Assembly (NCBI GenBank): GCA_038120295.1
Contig: JAYOLL010000010.1
Span: 35,149 to 99,148, forward strand
Direction of reading: 5' to 3'
DNA length: 64,000 bases
From: Rhodospirillales bacterium
Lineage (GTDB): Bacteria > Pseudomonadota > Alphaproteobacteria > MPNO01 > UBA2964
Made by a program: the position numbers and the translations under genes
Shown: positions 36,259-45,096 of the stretch, in pieces
Numbering within the stretch: the stretch's first letter is position 1
Layout of the letters: each line of letters opens with the position of its first letter
Notes under the pieces: model-generated
Told to the model about the DNA's origin: nothing
What the model saw: only the letters and a program-made list of their open reading frames with translations
Database searches by the model: none

Positions 36259-36627
36259 TCAGCCTCTCAATTCGATTGATTCGCCATCCGGCCCCTTGAA
36301 AACGACGCGTCTCCAGCCGGTTTCCCGCGCTTCCCGCGCGTCGGTGCTGTGGGGCGGCTGGAGGCAGTCGATGCCGGCTTCCTCCATCGCAACCACCGCA
36401 CCGTCGAAGTCATCCGTTTCAAAACAGAAATGGAAGCCCTTCATGTCGCCGTCGCTATGGTGGGTCAGTTCCAGAACCGTGTCTCCGAGGCGCAGATAGG
36501 CGATGCGAAACCCGGCGCCCGGCCGGTGCTCGTAATAGGTCTCGCATCTGAAATGCCGTTCATAAAACGCAATGGACCGGTCGATATCCGATACGTGCAG
36601 CGCGACGTGGTCGATCCGGCGGAACAT
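36259..36627 (-). CDS. VOC (glyoxalase/bleomycin-resistance/dioxygenase) family protein
   Basis: 122 aa from MFRRIDHVALHVSDIDRSIAFYERHF. The track ORF 36259..37164 has a 179-codon non-coding-looking N-terminal extension. The stop lies 2 nt from the start of SDR C. Confidence 0.75.
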   Translation of the reverse strand: MFRRIDHVALHVSDIDRSIAFYERHFRCETYYEHRPGAGFRIAYLRLGDTVLELTHHSDGDMKGFHFCFETDDFDGAVVAMEEAGIDCLQPPHSTDAREARETGWRRVVFKGPDGESIELRG

Positions 36628-36832
36628 TTGATGTCTCCCGATAGTGACGGTACCAGCATCGAACCGGCGCTGCGATCTGTCAAACCCCGGCGGGGACACC
36701 GCTGATGCTGTAGACCCATGGCATAAAGACCCATGACCCGGGCGCGATTCGGTCCTACAATGTGCCCGGTTCGAGGCGAGATCCTGGGGAGTGCGCTCCG
36801 ACTCCTGAAAACGGGAAAAGAAGAAAAATGTC

Positions 36833-37651
36833 ATGAAGAAGGTTTTGATCGGCCTGGTCGTTGTCATCATCGTCGCAGGCGTCGGCATCTGGTACACGCT
36901 AGGCAATCTCGATTCGATCATCAAGGCGGCTATCGAAAAGTACGGCTCAGAGGCGACCAGGACCCAGGTCTCGCTTAGCGGGGTCGATCTGAAGCTCAAG
37001 GAAGGATCGGCGGCGCTCAACGGGTTCCGCATGGGCAACCCCGACGGTTTCAAGACCGACAAGGCAATGAGCTTCGGCACCGTCAGCGTCAAGGTCGATA
37101 CCAGCTCGCTTACCAGCGACGTTATCGTCATCAAGGAAGTCGTGATCGCTGCGCCGGACATCATTTATGAGAGCGGCGACGGCGGCAGCAATTTCGATGT
37201 CATCCAGAAGAACGTCGACGCCTACGCCAAATCGCTCGGCGCGGGCGGAGAAAAGAAGGAAGCATCAAGCGAAGAGGGCGGCAAGAAGATCATCATCGAA
37301 AATCTTTACGTCCGCGACGGCAAGGTGGCGCTGAATTCGCCGCTGCTGCTCGGCAAGACCGTAACGGTGCCGCTGCCGGATATCCACATGAAGGATATCG
37401 GCAAGGAAGAGAAGGGCGCGTCGCCCGGCGAAGTCGCGAGCAAGCTGATGGACGAAATCACCGGCAAGATCGCCGGAGTCGGCAAGCAGGGCCTCGATTC
37501 AGCGGTCAAGATGGCCAAGGACGCGATGGAAGGCGCCAAGAAGATGATGGAAGGCGCCGGCGACGGGGCCAAGAAAATGATGGACGACTCGGGCGCCGGT
37601 AAGGCGGTCGATGACGCCACGAAGTCGATCAAGGGCCTGTTCGGCAAGTAA
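36833..37651 (+). CDS. membrane-anchored AsmA-N-terminal-like protein with a Lys/Met/Gly-rich repeat tail
   Basis: An N-terminal TM (VLIGLVVVIIVAGVGIW), then a pattern resembling AsmA N-termini (GSEATRTQVSLSGVDLKLKEGSAALNGFRMGNPDGF). The C-terminal repeats are EGAKKMMEGAGDGAKKMMDD. Confidence 0.45.
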   Translation: MKKVLIGLVVVIIVAGVGIWYTLGNLDSIIKAAIEKYGSEATRTQVSLSGVDLKLKEGSAALNGFRMGNPDGFKTDKAMSFGTVSVKVDTSSLTSDVIVIKEVVIAAPDIIYESGDGGSNFDVIQKNVDAYAKSLGAGGEKKEASSEEGGKKIIIENLYVRDGKVALNSPLLLGKTVTVPLPDIHMKDIGKEEKGASPGEVASKLMDEITGKIAGVGKQGLDSAVKMAKDAMEGAKKMMEGAGDGAKKMMDDSGAGKAVDDATKSIKGLFGK

Positions 37652-37662
37652 CGGGCGTTCGG

Positions 37663-37696
37663 GACGGTCGCCATCGGGCGGCCGTCTTCGGTTCTT
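37663..37696 (+). terminator. intrinsic terminator
   Basis: GACGGTCGCC-ATCG-GGCGGCCGTC (one G-T wobble), followed by TTCGGTTCTT. Confidence 0.55.
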
Positions 37697-37749
37697 GAGG
37701 GTGCGTTTAGGGAGATCTACAGGCCGGGTTTAGAGGCCGGGAGGACGAC

Positions 37750-38535
37750 ATGGCGTCGGATGGCATGGGTGTGCTCGATATTCCGTCCGTCAGGGACAAG
37801 GTCAGTGAGGAGGAATGGAAGGCGCGGGTCAATCTTGCCTGCGCGTACCGGCTGGTCGATTATTTCGGCTGGACGCACCTGACCGCAAACCACATCTCGC
37901 TACGTGTTCCTGGCCCGGATGACCATTTTCTGCTCAACCCTTATGGCCTGCTTTACGACGAAGTCACGGCGTCCAGGCTGGTAAAGATCGATCTCGACGG
38001 CAACAAGGTGATGGACAGCGAGTTCGGCATCAACCAGGCCGGCTACGTGATCCATAGCGCCATTCACGCCGCGCGCAAGGACGTTACCTGCGCGATCCAT
38101 ACCCATACAGAGGCGGGCATGGCGGTTTCGGCTCAGAAATGCGGGTTGTTGCCGCTCAGCATGAGCGCGATCCGTTTCCACGGACATCTCGCCTATCACG
38201 ATTACGAAGGTGTGACGCTGGATGTCGAGGAGCGCGAGTCGATCGTTGAGCATCTGGGCGATAAATACGCGATGATCCTGCGCAATCACGGGCTGCTGAC
38301 GCTGGGGCGTAATCTCGGCGAGGCGTTCCACCTGATGTACAATCTGGAGAAGGCCTGCCGGTCCCAGCTCGATGCGATGGCCGGCGGGACGGAACTCGAG
38401 ATTCCGCCCGACGAGGTGGTCGAGAAATCCGCGCGCCAGAGCTGGATCATGAACCATAACAACACCGCCGAGCACCCATCCTGGCCCGCCATGATGCGCA
38501 AGATGGACAGGATCGACCCCAGCTATCGCCTGTAA
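37750..38535 (+). CDS. class II aldolase/adducin family protein
   Basis: 261 aa with NHISLRVPG and the IHTHT metal-binding region typical of the family. Confidence 0.8.
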   Translation: MASDGMGVLDIPSVRDKVSEEEWKARVNLACAYRLVDYFGWTHLTANHISLRVPGPDDHFLLNPYGLLYDEVTASRLVKIDLDGNKVMDSEFGINQAGYVIHSAIHAARKDVTCAIHTHTEAGMAVSAQKCGLLPLSMSAIRFHGHLAYHDYEGVTLDVEERESIVEHLGDKYAMILRNHGLLTLGRNLGEAFHLMYNLEKACRSQLDAMAGGTELEIPPDEVVEKSARQSWIMNHNNTAEHPSWPAMMRKMDRIDPSYRL

Positions 38536-38694
38536 GGGCCGCGGGCGGCTAGCGTTCGCCGTCCCGGAGACCGGCTTGCCCGACCGAAGCGCTTCCCTCG
38601 ACACCTTGCACGTCTCCACAATCCGCGCGACGATCCGGGGCGCATAGACCTCCGGGCAGGAGGCTGGATCGGGTTCAAGGGCGAGTGTCGCACT

Positions 38695-40104
38695 ATGGCC
38701 AAAACGCTGTTCGAGAAAATCTGGGACAGGCATGTCGTCGCCGATCTGGGCGGCGGGTTCGCGCTGGTGTTCGTCGACCGGCATGTGGTCCCTGAAATTT
38801 CCTGTGAGCGATTCGATGAGCTTGAAGCCCAGGGGCTGGCGCTGAGGCATCCCGAGCTGACCTTCGGCGTGTCGGACCACACCGTGCCGGCGCTGTGGGC
38901 GGCGCTGGAAAAACCGGACGACCGCAGCAACGAGTTTTCGCGCGGCATGAAGGCGGCGTCGGTCAGGCACGGTTTCCATCATTTCGATGTGGACGGGCCG
39001 GACCAGGGGATCAGCCATATCGTCGCCGCCGAGCAGGGGATCGCGCTGGCCGGCACCACGCTGGCCTGCGTCGACAGCCATGTCTGCACCGTGGGCGCGC
39101 TGGGCGGCATCAGCTGGGCGTTCGGCGGCAGCGAGATCGTCCATGTTCTCGCCACCCAGACCAGCATTCTGCGCAAGCCCGCGACCATGCGCATCAGCCT
39201 TGAAGGCGCGCCGGCGCCGGGCGTGACGCCCAAGGATCTGACGCTCTATACCATCGGTCGGGTCGGCGCGGCCGGCGGTCTCGGTTGCGCGGTCGAGTTC
39301 GCCGGCGAAGCGGTTCGGTCGATGTCGATGGAGGGCCGGTTCACCCTGTGCAATATGGCGGTCGAGCTTGGCGCATCGTTCGCAGTCATCGCGCCGGATG
39401 AGTCGACGTTCGACTATCTGAAGGGCCGCCGTTTCGCCCCGAAGGGGGCGGACTGGGACGCCGCCATTGCGGACTGGCGCGCGCTCGCATCCGATCCCGA
39501 TGCGGCATTCGACCGCGATGTCGCCATCGATATCTCGAACGCCGCGCCGCAAATCACCTGGGGGATCAGCCCGCAGGACACGATTCCGATCGACGGCGTC
39601 GTGCCCGACCCGGAAGAAGAGCCCGATATCCAGAAGCGCCGCGCCATGCAGGCCGGGCTCGACCATACCGGGCTGCGTCCGCGCCAGAAGATCGAAGGCA
39701 CCAAGATCGATTTCGTGTTCATCGGCTCCTGCACCAACAACCGCATCTCCGACCTGCGCGAGGCGGCGGACGTGCTGCGCGGGCGCCGGATCGCCGAGGG
39801 CGTGACGGGCTGGGTGGTTCCCGGTTCGCTGCGTATCCGCGCCCAGGCGGAAGAAGAAGGACTTGCGCGCATCTTCACCGAGGCGGGCTTTAACTGGGGC
39901 TTCCCCGGCTGCTCGATGTGCGGCGGGCAGGGGAACGGGTTCACCGAACGGATAAAGCCGGGACTACGGGCCGTTTCCACCATCAACCGCAATTTGCCGG
40001 GTCGGCAGGGGCCCGGATCGATCACCCATCTGGCGAGCCCGCCCATGGCCGCGGCGGCGGCTGTCGCCGGCAGCATCGCCGACGTGCGGAAACTTGGGGG
40101 CTGA
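38695..40104 (+). CDS. aconitase-family dehydratase large subunit (LeuC-like)
   Basis: MAKTLFEKIWDRHVV N-terminus and cluster-ligand regions (VDSHVCT, GSCTNNR, CSMCGG). The substrate-recognition stretch (HVVPEISCERF) differs from the canonical LeuC HLVHEVTSPQAF. Confidence 0.8.
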   Translation: MAKTLFEKIWDRHVVADLGGGFALVFVDRHVVPEISCERFDELEAQGLALRHPELTFGVSDHTVPALWAALEKPDDRSNEFSRGMKAASVRHGFHHFDVDGPDQGISHIVAAEQGIALAGTTLACVDSHVCTVGALGGISWAFGGSEIVHVLATQTSILRKPATMRISLEGAPAPGVTPKDLTLYTIGRVGAAGGLGCAVEFAGEAVRSMSMEGRFTLCNMAVELGASFAVIAPDESTFDYLKGRRFAPKGADWDAAIADWRALASDPDAAFDRDVAIDISNAAPQITWGISPQDTIPIDGVVPDPEEEPDIQKRRAMQAGLDHTGLRPRQKIEGTKIDFVFIGSCTNNRISDLREAADVLRGRRIAEGVTGWVVPGSLRIRAQAEEEGLARIFTEAGFNWGFPGCSMCGGQGNGFTERIKPGLRAVSTINRNLPGRQGPGSITHLASPPMAAAAAVAGSIADVRKLGG

Positions 40105-40108
40105 GACC

Positions 40109-40738
40109 ATGGCGGAATCGTTTACGACCCTGACGGGGCCGGCCGCGCCCTATCTTGAGGAAAACGTCGCCACCAACGTCATATCGGTGCAGCGACCGCG
40201 CAGTGCCGGCCCCTACAAAGACCCTGGCGACGAGCTGTTCTTCGGGCTGCGTTTCGACGAGGACGGGAGAGAAATCCCGGATTTCGTGCTCAATCGCCCG
40301 CGTTACCGCGACGCAAGATTCCTGATCGCCGGCGCCAATTTCGGCTGCGCCAGCTCGCGCGAGGCCGCGGTTGCGGCATTGTCCGCGTTCGGCATTCGTT
40401 GCGTGGTTGCGCCCAGCGTGGGCGATATCTTTTTCAACAACTGCTTCAAGTTCGGCGTCCTGCCGGTGCTGCTGCCGGAAGCGGATGTGCTCGCGCTGGC
40501 CGAAGAGGCTTCATCGGGCGGGAAAAGCGGCGATTTCACCGCCGACCTGAATGAGAACCGCCTGACCGCGCCGAGCGGACGAACGTTCGAAATTTCCCTT
40601 CCCGAATTCCGCCGAACCCAGCTTTTGGAAGGGCTGGACGAAATCGCGCTTACAATGCGTAGCGCCGACGACATCGCGGCGTTTCACCGCGCGGCGGCGG
40701 ACGAGAGGCCTTATCTCTACGGGCTGGAGAGGCCCTGA
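40109..40738 (+). CDS. aconitase-family dehydratase small subunit (LeuD-like)
   Basis: It has FLIAGANFGCASSREAAVAAL and DIFFNNCFKFGVLPV. The ATG lies 4 nt after the large-subunit stop. Confidence 0.8.
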   Translation: MAESFTTLTGPAAPYLEENVATNVISVQRPRSAGPYKDPGDELFFGLRFDEDGREIPDFVLNRPRYRDARFLIAGANFGCASSREAAVAALSAFGIRCVVAPSVGDIFFNNCFKFGVLPVLLPEADVLALAEEASSGGKSGDFTADLNENRLTAPSGRTFEISLPEFRRTQLLEGLDEIALTMRSADDIAAFHRAAADERPYLYGLERP

Positions 40739-40911
40739 CGAGGCGTGCGTTCCCCCAGTTCGTCGTCCGGCACACCTCGTTGATCATGCCGATGGATTCA
40801 GCGCGCGGTTAAGCGCAATGCGCCTGACGGGCCGGTTGCGCGTGACGATGGCGACCGCGCCGCGCCGTCGGTCACGTAATGCACGACAGCGCGTTCGGGC
40901 GCTGAGCTGAT

Positions 40912-42069
40912 CTAGCCGTAATTCCGCAGCACGTTGCGGGCGATGACCATCTTCATGATCTCGGTGGGGCCCTCAGTGATGCAGAAGCTTCGCGCCTGGC
41001 GCCAGAACTGCTCGATCGGCAGGTCGGTGGTCAGACCTATACCGCCATGCACCTGCATGCAGCGGTCGGCGGCGTGGAAGCCGAGCTCGTCGGCGAACAT
41101 CTTCTGAATAAACCCGTCGGTCCGGTCGACCTCGCCGCGCGAGGCGCGGTCAGCGGTGTTGTAGACCATAAGACGGGCTGCCTGCAGCTCGACATAGGTG
41201 TCGGTAATCATCCATTGCACGGCCTGCCGGTTGGCGAGCTTCTGGCCGAACGTCTCGCGCTGTTGCGCGTAATCGCACATCATGTCGAGGCAGCGCTGGG
41301 CCGTGCCGACGCCGCGCGCACCGTGTTTCAGCCTTCCATGGGCGAGGAAACGCTGGCCGAGCGCGAAGCCCTGGCCTTCCTCGCCGATGCGTTGCTCGAC
41401 CGGGATTTCGACATTGTCGAAATGGATCTCGCAGGGCCAGTCGCCCATCATGGTCTCGAACTTGGTGGTGATCTTGATGCCCGGCGCGTCCATGTCGACG
41501 AGGAACATCGAGATGCCGCCGCGAGAGCCCTTTTCCCGGTCCGTGGCCGCCAGCAGCTGACAGAAATCGGCCTGGTCGGCGTCGGTAATGAAGCGCTTGG
41601 TGCCGTTGACGATATATTTGTCGCCCTTCAACACCGCCGTCGTGCGCATGCCACCCGGGTCGCCGCCGGCGTCGGGTTCGGTCTGGGCGAAGCAGGCGGT
41701 CTTTTCTCCCTTGAGCACGGGATAGAGGTACCTGTCTTTCATCTCGTCAGACAGCTCGTAGAGCGGTGCGCGCACCTGCGGCCCCATGATGCCGCCGAGC
41801 CCGCGGGTCGGCACCGCGATGGTGCGACCGAGCTGTTCCCAGACGATGACCAGAGAAATCAGGTCCGCGCCGACCCCGCCATATTCTTCCGGCACCTCCA
41901 TCTGCCAGATGCCGAGCTCCTTGGCGCGGGCATGGAATTTTTCGCGCCATTCGGGTTTGAGCTCGCCGTTCTCGCAGGTCTCCATCTCATGCGGAATCAT
42001 CTCCTCATTCACGAAACGCTCCATGGTTTCGCGAAACATCTGATGTTCTTCTGACAATGGATATTCCAT
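40912..42069 (-). CDS. acyl-CoA dehydrogenase
   Basis: 385 aa from MEYPLSEEHQMFRETMERFV. The track ORF adds 110 spurious N-terminal codons. It is a paralogue of 43226..44383. Confidence 0.85.
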   Translation of the reverse strand: MEYPLSEEHQMFRETMERFVNEEMIPHEMETCENGELKPEWREKFHARAKELGIWQMEVPEEYGGVGADLISLVIVWEQLGRTIAVPTRGLGGIMGPQVRAPLYELSDEMKDRYLYPVLKGEKTACFAQTEPDAGGDPGGMRTTAVLKGDKYIVNGTKRFITDADQADFCQLLAATDREKGSRGGISMFLVDMDAPGIKITTKFETMMGDWPCEIHFDNVEIPVEQRIGEEGQGFALGQRFLAHGRLKHGARGVGTAQRCLDMMCDYAQQRETFGQKLANRQAVQWMITDTYVELQAARLMVYNTADRASRGEVDRTDGFIQKMFADELGFHAADRCMQVHGGIGLTTDLPIEQFWRQARSFCITEGPTEIMKMVIARNVLRNYG

Positions 42070-42210
42070 CGGCGGGCTCCCTGATTTTCTGTAATGGCGG
42101 CTCGGTACAGGGCGATGATCAAGGCCGTTCCCGCCCTTGTCAACGGCACTGGACGAGGGATAGAAAGGATCGAACCGGCGCAGACCGGACTTCATACAGG
42201 GAGACGCCTC

Positions 42211-43206
42211 ATGGCGGACAAATTTCGGGCGCTGGTGCTGGACGAGGCGGGGAAAGGCGTTTCCGCGTCCATTCAGGACCTCGACGAAAGCAGCCTGCCG
42301 GATGGCGACGTGACCGTCGCCGTGTCGCACTCGACACTCAACTACAAGGACGGGATGGTGCTCGGCGGGATCGGGCGGCTGGTGCGGAATTATCCGCATG
42401 TGCCGGGCATCGATTTCGCCGGGACGGTAACGGCGTCGGACTCATCTGACTTCGCACCCGGCGACAGCGTCGTGCTGACCGGCTGGCGAGTCGGCGAGGC
42501 GCACTGGGGCGGCTATGCCGAACGCGCCCGGGTGAAATCGGACTGGCTGGTGCCGATGCCCGACGGGCTGTCGGCAAAGGATGCGATGACGCTGGGCACG
42601 GCAGGCTTTACCGCGATGCTGGCGGTGATGGAGCTGGAAGATCACGGCGTGACACCGGATGCCGGACCTGTGCTGGTGACCGGCGCCAATGGCGGTGTCG
42701 GCGGGGTCGCCGTCGCGGTGCTGGCGAAGCTGGGATACGAGGTTCATGCCTCGACCGGTCGGCCTGAACTGGCCAACGGGCTGAAAGCGCTGGGCGCGGC
42801 GGAGATCGTACCGCGCGCCGAACTTGACGAGAAACCCGACCGCCCGCTGCTCACGGAGCGCTGGGCCGGCGCGGTCGACGCGGTCGGCGGCAACGCGCTT
42901 TCCGCCATGCTGCCGCAGATGAAGTATCACGGCGCGGTCGCGGCCTGCGGGCTGGCCGGCGGACCGCAGCTGGAGACCACCGTTATCCCTTTCCTTCTGC
43001 GCGGCGTAAAGTTGCTCGGCATCGATTCCGTCATGTGCCCGCAGGAGCGCCGGCGCGAAGCCTGGAACCGGCTTGCATCCGACATGCCCCGAGAAGCCCT
43101 GGATGCGCTGTGCGTGACGGCGAAACTGGAAGACCTGCCTGACCTCGGCAGGCAGATCCTCAAGGGAGAGACACGAGGCCGTGTGGTGATAGAGATCGGC
43201 GGCTGA
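42211..43206 (+). CDS. acuI: acrylyl-CoA reductase AcuI/YhdH-type MDR oxidoreductase
   Basis: From MADKFRALVLDE (AGGGAGA Shine-Dalgarno). It is collinear with E. coli YhdH along its length (LNYKDG, PGIDFAGTV, GWRVGEAHWGGYAERARV, GLAGG). Confidence 0.8.
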   Translation: MADKFRALVLDEAGKGVSASIQDLDESSLPDGDVTVAVSHSTLNYKDGMVLGGIGRLVRNYPHVPGIDFAGTVTASDSSDFAPGDSVVLTGWRVGEAHWGGYAERARVKSDWLVPMPDGLSAKDAMTLGTAGFTAMLAVMELEDHGVTPDAGPVLVTGANGGVGGVAVAVLAKLGYEVHASTGRPELANGLKALGAAEIVPRAELDEKPDRPLLTERWAGAVDAVGGNALSAMLPQMKYHGAVAACGLAGGPQLETTVIPFLLRGVKLLGIDSVMCPQERRREAWNRLASDMPREALDALCVTAKLEDLPDLGRQILKGETRGRVVIEIGG

Positions 43207-43225
43207 TCAGAAGGAGATAGCGGAA

Positions 43226-44383
43226 ATGGATTTCAACCTTCCCGAAGAGCTGCAGATGCTCAAGGCCAATCTGCGCCGTTTCGTCGATACGGAGCTGATC
43301 CCCATCGAACGCGACACGATGGACGGCAACGAGATGAAGCCCGAAATGCAGTCGATGCTGGAGGAGAAGGCCAAGGCGCTGGGGCTATGGATGTTCGATG
43401 TGCCGGAGGAATATGGCGGGCTGGGTCTCGGCGCGCTGGCCAAGGCGGTGATGTGGGAGGAGCTGTCGCGCAGCATAGCCATGCCGTCGCGCGGCGCTTC
43501 CCTGTTCGGCCCGCGCGTCAGTCCGATCCTGTACTACCTGAATGACGAGCAGAAGGACCGGTACCTCTATCCGACCATCAACGGAGAAAAGAAAAACTGC
43601 TTCGCGCAGACGGAGCCCGAAGCCGGCGGCGATCCCGGCGGGATGCGCACCACGGCGGTGCGCGACGGCGATTACTATGTCATCAACGGACACAAGCGGT
43701 TCATCACCGGCGCCGGAGATGCGGATTTCATGCAGGTGGTGGCGGCGACCGACCGCGAGAAGGGCTCCCGCGGCGGGCTGACGGTCTTCCTGGTCGACAA
43801 GGGGACGCCCGGCGTCAAGCTGCTGCGTCAGCAGGAGCTGATGGTGGGCGACCGGCCGTGGGAAATCCTGTTCGAGGATGTGCGGGTGCCGGTCGAGAAC
43901 CGGGTCGGCGAGGAAGGCGACGGCATGCGCGCTGCGCAAAGCTGGCTGACCGAAGGCCGTCTGCGTCATGGCGCGCGCGGGGTTGGCGTGATCGAGCGCT
44001 GTCTCGAGCTCGCCGCGAGCTATGCCAATCAGCGCTCTACCTTCGGCGCCAGGCTGGCGTCGCGCCAGACGGTGCAGAACATGCTGGTCGACATGTACCA
44101 GAACATGCACCAGCTGCGGCTGATGGTGTACGAGGCCTCCTGGCGCGTCGATCAGGGCGAGGACGTCCGCAAGGAAAGCTATATGTGCAAGTATTTCGGC
44201 GACGAGATGGGGTTCCACGCCGCCGACCGCTGCATGCAGATTCACGGCGGGATGGGGCTGACCACCGACCTGCCGATCGAACGATTCTTCCGCGACCAGC
44301 GCAGCTTCATCATCACCGAGGGGCCGACCGAGATCCTCAAGATGGCTCTCGCCCGGCAGATCCTGCGCGAATACGGGGAGTGA
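43226..44383 (+). CDS. acyl-CoA dehydrogenase
   Basis: 385 aa with an AAGGAG Shine-Dalgarno. The MDFNLPEELQMLKANLRRFV N-terminus parallels the paralogue at 40912..42069. Confidence 0.85.
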   Translation: MDFNLPEELQMLKANLRRFVDTELIPIERDTMDGNEMKPEMQSMLEEKAKALGLWMFDVPEEYGGLGLGALAKAVMWEELSRSIAMPSRGASLFGPRVSPILYYLNDEQKDRYLYPTINGEKKNCFAQTEPEAGGDPGGMRTTAVRDGDYYVINGHKRFITGAGDADFMQVVAATDREKGSRGGLTVFLVDKGTPGVKLLRQQELMVGDRPWEILFEDVRVPVENRVGEEGDGMRAAQSWLTEGRLRHGARGVGVIERCLELAASYANQRSTFGARLASRQTVQNMLVDMYQNMHQLRLMVYEASWRVDQGEDVRKESYMCKYFGDEMGFHAADRCMQIHGGMGLTTDLPIERFFRDQRSFIITEGPTEILKMALARQILREYGE

Positions 44384-44416
44384 GCGCGAAGATGGTTTTA
44401 AATCGTTTCCGTCAGC

Positions 44417-44533
44417 GACACCCCACCTCACCCCAGCCCTCTCTCCCCCTGAGGGGCGGAGAGGGAGTTGCACAAAATCTCGCAGCCTTGTCCCCCTCCG
44501 CCCTCCGGGGGGAGGGGAAAGGGGAGGTGGGTC
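44417..44533. repeat. REP-like element cluster, family 1 variant
   Basis: CCCTCTCTCCCCC-TGAG-GGGCGGAGAGGGAG and CCCCCTCC...GGAGGGG hairpins. The ends ACCCCACCTCACCCC and GGGGAGGTGGGT are inverted. Confidence 0.7.
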
Positions 44534-44576
44534 GTCGTTGCAGGACCCGACCGTTCGAGACAATGGGGGAAATCCG

Positions 44577-45080
44577 ATGATGCCTCCCGACACCGCATCG
44601 CTGCCGCCGCCGCGCCCGTCGCTTAAATCCTTCGCCCGGTTCTCCGACGATATCGGAATCAGGCTGGTCGAGTGGGAGCTCGACCGTTGCGTGATTGAGT
44701 TCGATGTCGGCGAGCATACGCTGAACGGGGCGGGGGTGCTGCACGGCGGATGTCTCTCGACCGCGATTGACACCGCCATCGCCCACGCCGCGATCTACTG
44801 CACCGTACCGGGCAACTACCGCTCCGGCGCGACGGTGACGCTGACAGTGAACTTCGTCGCTCCGGTGCGGCGCGGCAGCCGGGTGACGATCAACGCGCGC
44901 AAGACCGGCGGCGGGCGGACGATGTTCATGTCGGTCGCGGAGGCCGTGGACGAGAACGGCGTCATCGTCGGTACGGGCCAGGGGATCGGCCGCTACCGCG
45001 ACGGATGCCACACGCCCGAAGGTCTGCCGCGCCCCGACAATCTGCCTGAAGGCAAAACGCCGCCGCGCTTCGAAGAATAA
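44577..45080 (+). CDS. PaaI-family (hotdog fold) thioesterase
   Basis: It has GVLHGGCLSTAIDTA, the typical PaaI/4HBT core. The start is placed at ATG 44577 (GGGGGA upstream). The track start at TTG 44538 abuts the REP element. Confidence 0.7.
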   Translation: MMPPDTASLPPPRPSLKSFARFSDDIGIRLVEWELDRCVIEFDVGEHTLNGAGVLHGGCLSTAIDTAIAHAAIYCTVPGNYRSGATVTLTVNFVAPVRRGSRVTINARKTGGGRTMFMSVAEAVDENGVIVGTGQGIGRYRDGCHTPEGLPRPDNLPEGKTPPRFEE

Positions 45081-45096
45081 AGGAAAGACTACCGAG

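Noticed and set aside
36259-37164. N-terminally extended ORFs in the track: 36259..37164, 12040..12732, 40912..42399, 42094..43206, 23530..24537, 2157..4547, 51147..52175, 57415..58005 and 58060..59199.
   Set aside because: In each case the family-conserved N-terminus begins at an internal Met, often with a Shine-Dalgarno sequence upstream. The extension is low-complexity or overlaps a neighbouring gene or REP element. The internal starts were used instead.
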